Source: Thermodesulfobacteriota bacterium (GTDB lineage: Bacteria > Desulfobacterota_D > UBA1144 > Nemesobacterales > Nemesobacteraceae). Taken from it: a stretch of 64,000 nucleotides of DNA. Numbering within the stretch: the stretch's first letter is position 1; every line of letters begins with the position of its first letter. A program made the translations under genes and the position numbers. The stretch spans positions 206,650 to 270,649 of the forward strand of contig OZ242012.1 in assembly GCA_965204795.1 (NCBI GenBank). The letters are read 5' to 3'. Of this stretch, positions 8,337-16,323 are shown piece by piece. The notes below the pieces were generated by a model that worked only from the letters and a program-made list of their open reading frames with translations, did no database searches and was not told the origin of the DNA.

Positions 8337-8525
8337 ATGAGCAAAAAGGAGAAAGTCCAGGACAACTATCTTGAAACGTTGGAAAAGGTTAAACAGCAGT
8401 ATCAAGAATATATCGAGGTCAGCAAAATTTACGAACTGCCCACGTTTGAAGAAGAAAAACCGATAGAATACCAGCCCCCTAGCCCCGAACATCCACTGAC
8501 GACCAATACCTTCGACGTAAAGTAA
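8337..8525 (+). CDS. hypothetical small acidic protein (62 aa), first gene of a low-GC two-gene cassette
   Basis: AGGGGGA lies 6 nt upstream of the ATG. The product MSKKEKVQDNYLETLEKVKQQYQEYIEVSKIYELPTFEEEKPIEYQPPSPEHP... is E/K-rich with no TM segment. Local GC is markedly below the window average. The stop is 1 nt before the next start. Confidence 0.5.
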   Translation: MSKKEKVQDNYLETLEKVKQQYQEYIEVSKIYELPTFEEEKPIEYQPPSPEHPLTTNTFDVK

Positions 8526-8526
8526 A

Positions 8527-9480
8527 ATGGCTTCTTGGAGTGAACTGGCAAAGGCTCTTGCCAATCAGGGAAATGTTGTCAACTGGCTCTACGGTTCTCT
8601 GGCGGGTCGGCTGGGGGAAGTATCGAAGCTTCGCAAAGGAACTTCCGTCATTTTCTACGCCTCCGCTTTTCTGCAGAAAAAAAACTCCACAAACGTGTCA
8701 ATCGACCGTGAGGACATCAACGGTTTTATGGACGCAATATACAAAGCTCAAACCGATAATGGCCTTACCTTGATACTTCACACGCCTGGCGGGGACATTT
8801 ACGCCGTTGAGAGCATAGTTGATTATTTACACGCCAAATTCTCCAAGATTGAAGTCGTAGTGCCGTACTTGTCCATGTCCGGCGGGGCCATGATGAGTCT
8901 TGCTAGCGACCTTGTGATACTAGGCAAGCAAAGCCAGCTTGGTCCAATTGATCCTCAGTTTTCCGCGGGAAACAAATCGTATTCCGCCAGAGCGATTGAG
9001 GAGGGATTCAACAATGCGAAAAAAGATATAGAGAACGATACCAGTCTGGCTCACCTGTGGGCTCCTATCCTGCAAAGCATGGGACCTTCGCTCATCACGG
9101 AATCTCAGAGAGCCTTGTCTTACAGCAAGGAATTAGTAAAGAAATGGCTCAAAGAGCGAATGTTCAAGGATGAAGACGAGAAGGAAAGAGAAAGAATCAT
9201 CAACGACATAGCGGGATATTTTAACGCTGAGAAAAAAGACGGCGACGAGGGAACAAAACTCGGGCAAGTTCACGTTCACGGGCAGAGGATAGGATTTCAA
9301 AAGCTCGAAGAACTTGGAGTAAGGGTGGAAAAGCTTGAAAAAAGCCAACCGTTGCAGACCGCCGTATTGACTGCATACCATTTGATGACTCTGATTTTTG
9401 AGAGGTCTCCTTCCCTGAAATTCATATCCAGCGACCAAGGCACTATGTGGTCTAAACAGCAACAAATTCGTACGCAATGA
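8527..9480 (+). CDS. ClpP/crotonase-fold serine peptidase of the SDH (S49-like, 'serine dehydrogenase proteinase') family
   Basis: 317 aa. ...GLTLILHTPGGDIYAVESIVDYLHAKFSKIEVVVPYLSMSGGAMMSLASDLVILGKQSQLGPIDPQ shows the SppA/ClpP-like oxyanion and Ser motif arrangement typical of PF01972. It sits in a low-GC island between erpA and the M24 peptidase. Confidence 0.65.
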   Translation: MASWSELAKALANQGNVVNWLYGSLAGRLGEVSKLRKGTSVIFYASAFLQKKNSTNVSIDREDINGFMDAIYKAQTDNGLTLILHTPGGDIYAVESIVDYLHAKFSKIEVVVPYLSMSGGAMMSLASDLVILGKQSQLGPIDPQFSAGNKSYSARAIEEGFNNAKKDIENDTSLAHLWAPILQSMGPSLITESQRALSYSKELVKKWLKERMFKDEDEKERERIINDIAGYFNAEKKDGDEGTKLGQVHVHGQRIGFQKLEELGVRVEKLEKSQPLQTAVLTAYHLMTLIFERSPSLKFISSDQGTMWSKQQQIRTQ

Positions 9481-9580
9481 CAAATTCTTGTAACGCCAAA
9501 CACTTTCGCATAGTCAAAAAAATTAAGAGAATTCTTGGTTCTCGCTGATTCGCGAAAAATCCACAGCGCAATATTTCCAC

Positions 9581-10711
9581 ATGAGCAGGACCGCCTACCT
9601 CATAATCGATTCGAGCGAAGCCAACTCGGACCTTTACCACAGAACGGGATTCTTCGTTCCGGACCCCGTCATATTCTTCGAACGCGACGGAAAGACCACG
9701 CTCGTTCTGAGCGACCTCGAGCTTGAAAGGGGCGAAAAGCGGGGCGCCGCCGACGAGATAGTCTCCTTCTCGCGCTGCGTCGCCGGGCTTCGCGGCAAGG
9801 GAAACAGGTCTCCCTCGACGGCGGAGGTCGCCGCCGCGGTTCTTCAGGAAAGGGGAATAAGAAGCCTCGTCGTCCAGAGAACCTTTCCCGTCTTTTTCGC
9901 CGACGCTCTCCGCGAGGCCGGTTTTTCCGTGAAGACCGCGAAGACGCATTTTCTTTTCGAGGACCGTCTCGTAAAATCCCCCCGGGAGGTCTCGTTCATA
10001 AAAAAGGCGCTTTCCGTCACGGCGCAGGCGATGAGACGCGCGGTCTCGCTCGTCTCGTCCTCGACTCCGAAGGGAGGACTTCTTTTTCTCGGGAAAAAGC
10101 CTCTCACCTCCGAGACGGTGAGGTCGGAAATCGACTCCTTTCTCGCCGCCCGGGGCTACCTCGCCTCGAACACCATAGTGGCGGGAGGGGTTCAGGGCTC
10201 GATGCCCCACGAGAAGGGCTCGGGACCGCTTCGGGCCGGGTGGCCCGTCGTGATGGACATATTTCCCCGCTCCCAGGAAAACGGCTACTTCGGCGACATG
10301 ACGAGAACCGTGGTCAGGGGGGAGCCTTCGCGGGAGCTTCTGCGGATGTACGACGCGGTGCTCGGGGGTCAGAAAACGGCGCTTTCGATGATAAGGGACG
10401 GCGCGAGGTCGAGGGACGTGCACGCGGCGGTGGAAGAGTTTTTCTCCGGGCGGGGTTTCGAAACGGGAGTTTCGGACTCGGGAAAGCCCCGGGGGTTCAT
10501 TCACTCCACCGGACACGGCCTCGGCCTCGACATCCACGAGCCGCCGAGGATTGGTCCGGGAAAGGAGATTCTCAGGGAGGGAAACGTCGTCACGGTGGAG
10601 CCCGGGCTTTACTACGAGAGTCTCGGGGGAGTGAGGATAGAGGACGTGGTGGTGGTCGGGCGCGGGGGGTGCGTTAACCTCACGAGATGCTCGAAGAGAT
10701 TCAGGGTGTAG
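9581..10711 (+). CDS. M24 family Xaa-Pro aminopeptidase / dipeptidase
   Basis: 376 aa. The pita-bread-fold metal ligands fall in the contexts ...GDMTRTV..., ...[13 protein letters not shown]... and ...VVTVEPGLY...GGVRIED. Confidence 0.85.
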   Translation: MSRTAYLIIDSSEANSDLYHRTGFFVPDPVIFFERDGKTTLVLSDLELERGEKRGAADEIVSFSRCVAGLRGKGNRSPSTAEVAAAVLQERGIRSLVVQRTFPVFFADALREAGFSVKTAKTHFLFEDRLVKSPREVSFIKKALSVTAQAMRRAVSLVSSSTPKGGLLFLGKKPLTSETVRSEIDSFLAARGYLASNTIVAGGVQGSMPHEKGSGPLRAGWPVVMDIFPRSQENGYFGDMTRTVVRGEPSRELLRMYDAVLGGQKTALSMIRDGARSRDVHAAVEEFFSGRGFETGVSDSGKPRGFIHSTGHGLGLDIHEPPRIGPGKEILREGNVVTVEPGLYYESLGGVRIEDVVVVGRGGCVNLTRCSKRFRV

Positions 10712-11502
10712 ACGGGAGAAGCTCGATGCGGGAGAAAAAGACTTTCGACGACGTGGTTTCGCTCTCGAGGCGGCTTCGGGCCCCGGACGGCTGCCCGTGG
10801 GACAGGGAGCAGACGATGGAGTCGCTTCGTCCCTACGTTCTCGAGGAGGCGTACGAGGTGATACAGGCCATAGAGAGCGGGGACGCGGCCAATCTCGTCG
10901 AGGAGCTCGGAGACTTTCTCTTCCAGGTCGTCTTCATATCGCAGATAGCCCATGAGGAAGGAAAGTTCTGCGTGGACGACGTTCTGGCGGAACTCTGCGA
11001 CAAGCTCGTCAGAAGACATCCCCACGTGTTCGGGGAGAAAAAGGCGAAAAACGCGCGGGAAGCGGTCGACTCCTGGAACTCGCAGAAGAGAAAGGAGAAA
11101 AAAGGAAAGCCCGCCCTGGAGGAAGTGCCGAGAGCCCTGCCTTCTCTCATGAGGGCGCAGAGGGTCGGGGAGAAGGCCGCCCGCAGGGGATTCGACTGGA
11201 CCGGCGCCGCGGAGGTTCTGCGCAAGGTGAGGGAAGAGCTCTCGGAGCTTTCGCGGGAGATCGAGTCCGGAAATCTCGACCGCGCGCGCGGTGAGTGGGG
11301 CGACCTCGTTTTCTCCATGGCGAGCCTCGCGAGACACCTCGGCATCGACGCCGAAACCGCCTCCCACGAGGCCGTGGGGAAGTTCTCGGAGAGATTCTCG
11401 CTGCTGGAAAAAGCGGCCGAAGCGCAAGGCGGGGACATGGACGGCATGTCCGCCGAACGGCTCGACCGGCTCTGGGAAGAGGCCAAAAAATCCCGGCCGT
11501 AA
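10687..11502 (+). CDS. mazG: nucleoside triphosphate pyrophosphohydrolase MazG
   Basis: Tandem EExxE MazG motifs: LEEAYEVIQAIE...EELGDFLFQVVF and a second LREELSEL...GEWGDLVFS. An alternative start at 10726 (MREKK...) would avoid the 25-nt overlap with the upstream gene. Confidence 0.85.
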   Translation: MLEEIQGVDGRSSMREKKTFDDVVSLSRRLRAPDGCPWDREQTMESLRPYVLEEAYEVIQAIESGDAANLVEELGDFLFQVVFISQIAHEEGKFCVDDVLAELCDKLVRRHPHVFGEKKAKNAREAVDSWNSQKRKEKKGKPALEEVPRALPSLMRAQRVGEKAARRGFDWTGAAEVLRKVREELSELSREIESGNLDRARGEWGDLVFSMASLARHLGIDAETASHEAVGKFSERFSLLEKAAEAQGGDMDGMSAERLDRLWEEAKKSRP

Positions 11503-11505
11503 GTT

Positions 11506-12336
11506 CTAGAAACTCAGGCGCAAGCCCATGTCGAACGCGTGAAAGGGCTTTGCGGTCACGGAGACGGGCGCGGTCAGTCTTTCCGCGGCGAGGGCCAGAT
11601 TCAGGGAAGGCATGTGGACGAAGCGGTAGCCCGCCTGAAGCGCGAGGGACGGGGACAGGCGGAATCCGGCTCCCGCCTGAAGCTGCCAGATAAAGCCCCA
11701 CCGGTCGCTGGCTTTGTGGAACACTTTCGCCGGGGCGGTGTTCTGCTCGAGAGCCTCTCTGAGGTGGTCCAGATCTTCGAGAGGGGCTTCCGCCCTGGTC
11801 CTTATGTCGAGGTGAAACGTGCCGTGGACCGTCCCGGCGCCCGCTCCCACGTAAGGGCGAAACGCCCCGCCGACCGGAACGTCCCAGTAGGCGTTGACCA
11901 TGCCGGCCCAGACATCGAGGCGGCCCGAATCCCGGATGTCGCTCCCCGTGCTCGCCGACTGCTCGGGCGTGAGAGGAATGTTTCTGCCCCGCGCGTCCAG
12001 AAAACGGTGCGTGCGTACGATGCGGTCTATGCCCGCGCGCTGCCAGAACGCCTCGGTCTCGATTCTGAAGTCCCCTACGCGTCTGCCCGCGGCGAGCGCC
12101 GCTCCCCAGCCGGTTTTGAACTTCACGTCGGCGAGAAGATCGATCCTGGTGTTCGAGAATATCCCGTAGGGCATCGCGAGGTCGGCTTTTTCCGCGAGGG
12201 AGACGCCCCCGCGTCCCGACACGTACCAGTTTTTCTCCTCGCTTTCCCGAGCGGCCGCCGGGAACGCGGCCGCCAGGCACAGAAACACGGCGCACAGAAC
12301 CGCGGTCCGCGCGCCCGTAGGCGACGTTTTATTCAT
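11506..12336 (-). CDS. outer-membrane beta-barrel protein (OmpW/OmpA-like beta-barrel domain) with signal peptide
   Basis: The signal peptide is MNKTSPTGARTAVLCAVFLCLAAAFPAAA. The body has alternating hydrophobic beta-strand periodicity and ends in the aromatic residue ...GLRLSF. Confidence 0.7.
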   Translation of the reverse strand: MNKTSPTGARTAVLCAVFLCLAAAFPAAARESEEKNWYVSGRGGVSLAEKADLAMPYGIFSNTRIDLLADVKFKTGWGAALAAGRRVGDFRIETEAFWQRAGIDRIVRTHRFLDARGRNIPLTPEQSASTGSDIRDSGRLDVWAGMVNAYWDVPVGGAFRPYVGAGAGTVHGTFHLDIRTRAEAPLEDLDHLREALEQNTAPAKVFHKASDRWGFIWQLQAGAGFRLSPSLALQAGYRFVHMPSLNLALAAERLTAPVSVTAKPFHAFDMGLRLSF

Positions 12337-12450
12337 CTTTTTCTCCCGTCCGACCGGCGCGGGATTTTTTTCTCGGGGAAAAGGGCGCGGAAACGGACAT
12401 GATGAAATGATGACGGACGGCGGGAATTTTTCAAATTTTGGTACACGTCA

Positions 12451-12478
12451 TTGAAACTGTTCATTTATGGAGTAAAAT
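12451..12478 (+). promoter_or_regulatory. sigma70-like promoter (TTGAAA-N16-TAAAAT) upstream of the Panacea-domain gene
   Basis: TTGAAA at 12451-12456, a 16-nt spacer, then TAAAAT at 12473-12478. AAAAGGGAGA RBS precedes the ATG at 12500. Confidence 0.35.
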
Positions 12479-12499
12479 TTAAAAGGGAGATTTTATATA

Positions 12500-13018
12500 A
12501 TGCGGGAAAGCATTTGCAAAGCGGCACACATCGCGAATTTGATCCTCAACAGAGCGGATGCGGAAGGGCGAGATATAAGCATTTTGAAACTGCTCAAGCT
12601 GGTCTACATATTTTTCGGCTGGACAAGCGCCTTTCATACCAACCGCCCCGACCTCTTTTCAGACCGCATAGAAGCTTGGAAATACGGTCCCGTGATTCCC
12701 TCGCTTTATTACGAATTGCGCAGATTCGGCAGAAAGCCTATTAAAAGGGATCGCGCGCTTGTCTACGACCCTTCGGCCGATGCATCTCCCAGAGTGGCGC
12801 TGGAAAGCGAAATTGATGATAAAGAAGTACTTAAAACTCTGGAACTTCTCTGGAACTCGTATAAGGATGCCCCGGCGGAGCACATAGTCGCCCTGACACA
12901 TCAGGAAGATACTCCATGGCGGAAAGTTTATGACGAGAAAAAATATGGTACAGAGATTCCGAAGAATCTTATTCGGGATTACTACAAAGACTTGTATGAA
13001 AGGTTTGCTGCTAATTGA
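12500..13018 (+). CDS. Panacea-domain (DUF4065, SocA/PanA-type) antitoxin-like protein
   Basis: ILKLLKLVYIFFGWTSAFHTNRPDLFSDRIEAWKYGPVIPSLYYELRRFG fits the DUF4065 signature (KLqKLlYyaqgw...pLf.d.ieAWk.GPVvp.lY). Low-GC island. The stop overlaps the next start. Confidence 0.8.
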   Translation: MRESICKAAHIANLILNRADAEGRDISILKLLKLVYIFFGWTSAFHTNRPDLFSDRIEAWKYGPVIPSLYYELRRFGRKPIKRDRALVYDPSADASPRVALESEIDDKEVLKTLELLWNSYKDAPAEHIVALTHQEDTPWRKVYDEKKYGTEIPKNLIRDYYKDLYERFAAN

Positions 13019-13362
13019 TTGAAGGTAATAATAAAAGAAGACTGGTTGCCCGAGCTCTGCGGGAATTGATAGAAGAGCAGAGCGAGCAAAATGAATCGCA
13101 CTACGAGGGTCTTGCCGATGAGCGCTACAGGGAAGAAACTGCCGTAATAAAGCAGGAACGGGAATTACAAAAAAGAGTTGCGCGCTGGGTGATGTGGGTG
13201 GTTTCTGTGTGGCTTTTTTTCATAGCCGTCTTGTTGGTTTGCGTCGGGAGTTCTCAGCTCAATTACTCCGACGGCGTTCTTATCGCCTTGCTTGCGACGA
13301 CCACCGCCAACATCATAGGCTTGGCGTATTTCATGGCGAAGGGATTTTTCCCAAACAAGTAG
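13015..13362 (+). CDS. small two-TM membrane protein, candidate PanT-type toxin (115 aa)
   Basis: TTG start at 13015 overlaps the TGA stop of the Panacea gene (TTGA), indicating translational coupling. The charged N-terminus (RRLVARALRELIEEQSEQNESHYEGLADERYREE) is followed by two hydrophobic helices (WVMWVVSVWLFFIAVLLVCV and VLIALLATTTANIIGLAYFMA). Confidence 0.55.
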   Translation: MIEGNNKRRLVARALRELIEEQSEQNESHYEGLADERYREETAVIKQERELQKRVARWVMWVVSVWLFFIAVLLVCVGSSQLNYSDGVLIALLATTTANIIGLAYFMAKGFFPNK

Positions 13363-13664
13363 CTTTTTGCTGTTGACTTCAATCTCCCGTTTCAGGGGCC
13401 TACACAAGGGTGGCAGGTTGTTGCGTTGGGTCGTTTCGCGGAGAAAAGCGGTTTTTTCAGGACGGCGCGTTCGACGCGGGCTTGAGAACGAAATTTCGGA
13501 AAAAACGGAGAAATCACCGCTTCCCGCGCGGAGATTCCGAGCCGGGTGGGATTGATTTTTCCTGTTCCATCCTTTATTATTGGTCGCATGTTTGCCGGCG
13601 GGGTCGCCGGACGGAAATGCCGCTCCGCTCCCGCAGGCCCTTTCCGGAAAGGAGGTATGCAAAG

Positions 13665-14594
13665 TTGAGAAAACATTGTTTTGAAACGGTCGCGGGTTTC
13701 GTGCTGGGCGCCCTGCTGGTGGTTTTTCAGGCGGTCCCGGCCGCCGGAGCCGCGGACGGAAGGAACGGAAGCGGATTCTACGTGGGCGTCGAAGCCGGAA
13801 TCTCGAAACCGCAGAATTTCAGGATCGCGCAGTTCGCGGTCAACCACCCGACGCGCTGCGACGTGCTGCTCTACTCTAATCCTTCCGACGCGCCCTCGGG
13901 CGGCGCGTGCGCGAACAACACGTCGTCCGAGCTTGTCGAAAACAGGTTCGGTCTCGGCGCGGGCTTCGCCGGAGGCGCGACTCTGGGATACTCGCTCGGC
14001 AATTTCCGCTTCGAGGCGGAATACCTGAACCGCCGCCAGGGCCCCGTAAGCAAGCTCATCAGTCTGGGCTCCGGCGGAAACGACCCTCTGGCCACCAAGC
14101 AGAACGAGTGGAGCGAGGTGGACCCGCCGTCGGAGAGAGTGAGCGACTTCACGGCACAGCATTTCTTCCTCAACGCCTACTACGATTTTCGAAACGATTC
14201 GCCGCTGACGCCGTATCTCGGCGGGGGAGCGGGCTTCGGCCTCGTGGACATGAGGTACACGGCCCGCTTCACGCGAAAGGGCAACCTCGGAACGGCCGAA
14301 TGGCAGCAGGCCGCCTCCGGCACCACCAGCATAGTCGACACCAAGCTTCGGGGCACCCCTTTCGGTTTCCAGGCCGTCGGAGGGGTCGACTACGGGCTCA
14401 CCGAGCGCACTTCGGTCGGCGTGAAGGTGCGCTGGACGCGGTTTCTGGGCTTCAAGGACAACGACAAGCTGTGGAGGACGATTAGAAGTCACGCCCCCGT
14501 CCGCGCCGACGGCACGACGCCGTTTACGAGCGGATTCGATCTGGGCGCGATGAACGTCTGGACGGTTACGGCTGGAATGAAGTATTACTTCTGA
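13665..14594 (+). CDS. outer-membrane beta-barrel protein with signal peptide
   Basis: TTG start at 13665 with GGAGG 9 nt upstream gives the signal peptide MRKHCFETVAGFVLGALLVVFQAVPAAGAADG. The body is rich in G, Y and F beta-strands and ends at the C-terminal residue F (...AGMKYYF). The 13410-start track ORF is an upstream artefact. Confidence 0.7.
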   Translation: MRKHCFETVAGFVLGALLVVFQAVPAAGAADGRNGSGFYVGVEAGISKPQNFRIAQFAVNHPTRCDVLLYSNPSDAPSGGACANNTSSELVENRFGLGAGFAGGATLGYSLGNFRFEAEYLNRRQGPVSKLISLGSGGNDPLATKQNEWSEVDPPSERVSDFTAQHFFLNAYYDFRNDSPLTPYLGGGAGFGLVDMRYTARFTRKGNLGTAEWQQAASGTTSIVDTKLRGTPFGFQAVGGVDYGLTERTSVGVKVRWTRFLGFKDNDKLWRTIRSHAPVRADGTTPFTSGFDLGAMNVWTVTAGMKYYF

Positions 14595-14603
14595 GCCCGC
14601 GCG

Positions 14604-15809
14604 TCAGGAAAGCAGTTTTCCCATGAGTTTCCATCCCCGCGCCTCGAAGACTCCGGTCGACCTCGCGCAGTCCTCGGTGTAGACCAGGGACTTTCGCTCT
14701 CCGGCGTCCGCGTCCGAGGAGTCGAGTATGGCGAAGGGCACGGGTTCGTTCACGTGGGTTCTCACGTCCACCGGAGTCGGGTGATCCGACATGACGAGCA
14801 CCCTGTATTCGCCGAACTCCCTTATCCCCTCGAGCGCCGGGCCCACCACCCTGAAGTCGAAGTCCTCGACCGCGCGCACCTTGAGTCCCGCGTCTCCCAC
14901 GTGCCCGGTTTCGTCGGTGGCCTCTATGTGTATCATCGCCAGGTCGACCCGGCGAAGCGACTCCAGCGCGTACTCCACCTTTCCCTCGTAGTTGGTGTCG
15001 AGATATCCCGTGGCCCCGGGAACGTCGATCACTTCCATTCCCGCGAACTTTCCTATTCCCTTCACCAGGTCGACGGCCGACACGACCGACCCGGAAATTC
15101 CGTAAAGCTCCCGCAGGGAGGGCATCTCGGGCCTGGTTCCCTGGCCCCACAGCCATATGGAGTCCGCCGTGTTTTTTCCCGACGCCCTTCTCTTGCCGTT
15201 CACGGGATGGTCCGCCAGGACGTCCTGGGATTTTTCCATGAGGGCCACGAGCTTTTCCGAACCGTCTCCCGAGGGAAGCCACCGTCCCGTCTCGCTTCCC
15301 GGAATGTCGTGGGGCGGAGTGGTTCGCACGTCGGGGTTTCCTCCGCGCCAGAGCAGAAGGTGGCGGTAGCTCACCCCCTGGCTCAGGGAGAACTCCTCGC
15401 AGTCGATTTCCTTCTTCAGGCTCTCGACTATCTCTCCCGCCTCCTCGTCCGTTATGTGTCCCGCGCTGTAGTCTTCGAGCAGCGTTCTTCCCCGTCTTCG
15501 CCGGAACGTGACGAGGTTGCAGCGCACGGCCACGTCCCCCTCGCCGAGCTCCACTCCTATGTTCGCCGCCTCGAGGGGAGCGCGGCCCGTGTAGTAGAGC
15601 GTCGGGTCGTAGCCGAGCACGGAGAGGTTTCCGACGTCGCTTCCCGGCGGAAGGGAGTCGGGGATGGTCTTGGCCGTTCCGAACGCCCGCGCGTTTCGGG
15701 CCACGAAGTCGAGGTTCGGGGTGCGGGCGGCCTCGAGAGGGGTCTTTCCCCCGAGACTCTGGAGCTTGTGGTCGGGCATGCCGTCGCCCTGGAGGATCAC
15801 GTATTTCAC
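14604..15809 (-). CDS. apgM: cofactor-independent phosphoglycerate mutase, archaeal type (ApgM family)
   Basis: 401 aa. MKYVILQGDGMPD...LDPGSDVGNLSVLGYDP and a metal-binding ...ATDETGH... context are characteristic of COG3635. Confidence 0.82.
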   Translation of the reverse strand: MKYVILQGDGMPDHKLQSLGGKTPLEAARTPNLDFVARNARAFGTAKTIPDSLPPGSDVGNLSVLGYDPTLYYTGRAPLEAANIGVELGEGDVAVRCNLVTFRRRRGRTLLEDYSAGHITDEEAGEIVESLKKEIDCEEFSLSQGVSYRHLLLWRGGNPDVRTTPPHDIPGSETGRWLPSGDGSEKLVALMEKSQDVLADHPVNGKRRASGKNTADSIWLWGQGTRPEMPSLRELYGISGSVVSAVDLVKGIGKFAGMEVIDVPGATGYLDTNYEGKVEYALESLRRVDLAMIHIEATDETGHVGDAGLKVRAVEDFDFRVVGPALEGIREFGEYRVLVMSDHPTPVDVRTHVNEPVPFAILDSSDADAGERKSLVYTEDCARSTGVFEARGWKLMGKLLS

Positions 15810-15867
15810 GGGAAAAAGATGGTATACGCAAATCGGGAGTAATCAAGACCGGCGGCGGGACGGCCGC

Positions 15868-16242
15868 TCACGATATGTCGACCGCGTGCTTCTTGAGGTC
15901 CGAAACGGGGATCACGTCGAGCGCCGCGGCGTGGGTCGAGCACAGGAACACGGGAGGGGCCGCGCCCGCCTCGAACGCCTCTTTCCAGCGAACCGCGCAG
16001 AGACACCACCTGTCGCCCGCGGCGAGCCCCGGGAATCCGAACTCCGGTCTCGGGGTCAGAAGATCGTTTCCCCGCGATTTCGAAAAGAGCAGGAACTCCT
16101 CGGTCATCTCCGCGCACACGAGATGCCTTCCCGGGTCCTCGGCCGAGGCCCGGCAGCACCCGTCCCTGAAAAACCCCGTCGCGGGGTCCGAACCGCACTC
16201 CTCGAGAGGCTCTCCGAAAACGTTTCTCTGGCCGCCTTCCAT
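15868..16242 (-). CDS. DUF2237 family protein
   Basis: MEGGQRNVFGEPLEECGSDPATGFFRDGCC...HLVCAEMTEEFL...GNDL..P.PEFGFPGL..GDRWCLC..RWKEA matches DUF2237. GGGGAG sits upstream of the ATG at 16242. The longer track ORF is an N-terminal extension. Confidence 0.7.
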   Translation of the reverse strand: MEGGQRNVFGEPLEECGSDPATGFFRDGCCRASAEDPGRHLVCAEMTEEFLLFSKSRGNDLLTPRPEFGFPGLAAGDRWCLCAVRWKEAFEAGAAPPVFLCSTHAAALDVIPVSDLKKHAVDIS

Positions 16243-16273
16243 CGTTTCTCCCCGGCGCTTTGCCGTCCCGACC

Positions 16274-16308
16274 ATTATATACTTATTCGCCCGCTTCGAG
16301 TATATAAT
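16274..16308 (+). promoter_or_regulatory. perfect 10-bp inverted repeat ATTATATACT-N15-AGTATATAAT in the divergent DUF2237/aroA promoter region; symmetric -10-like boxes
   Basis: 16274-16283 and 16299-16308 are exact reverse complements. TATAAT at 16303-16308 is 15 nt upstream of the aroA ATG. Its mirror, read on the minus strand, is 32-37 nt upstream of the DUF2237 ATG. Confidence 0.4.
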
Positions 16309-16323
16309 TTTCCCGATCGTTCC

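Noticed and set aside
8289-8564. 91-aa minus-strand ORF overlapping the small acidic ORF in the low-GC island
   Set aside because: It lies antisense to a gene with a good RBS and a coupled partner. The Phe/Leu-rich sequence is typical of AT-rich antisense frames.
9452-12295. Long antisense ORFs 9452-10537(-), 10612-11427(-), 10833-11486(-) and 11147-12295(-) opposite the M24 peptidase, mazG and OMP genes
   Set aside because: They are low-complexity Arg/Pro/Gly-rich translations overlapping confidently assigned genes. These are GC-artefact ORFs.
13392-15846. Antisense ORFs 13392-14492(-) and 14566-15846(-), plus the 14754-15842(+) ORF
   Set aside because: They overlap the OMP and apgM coding frames and have a biased, non-protein-like composition.
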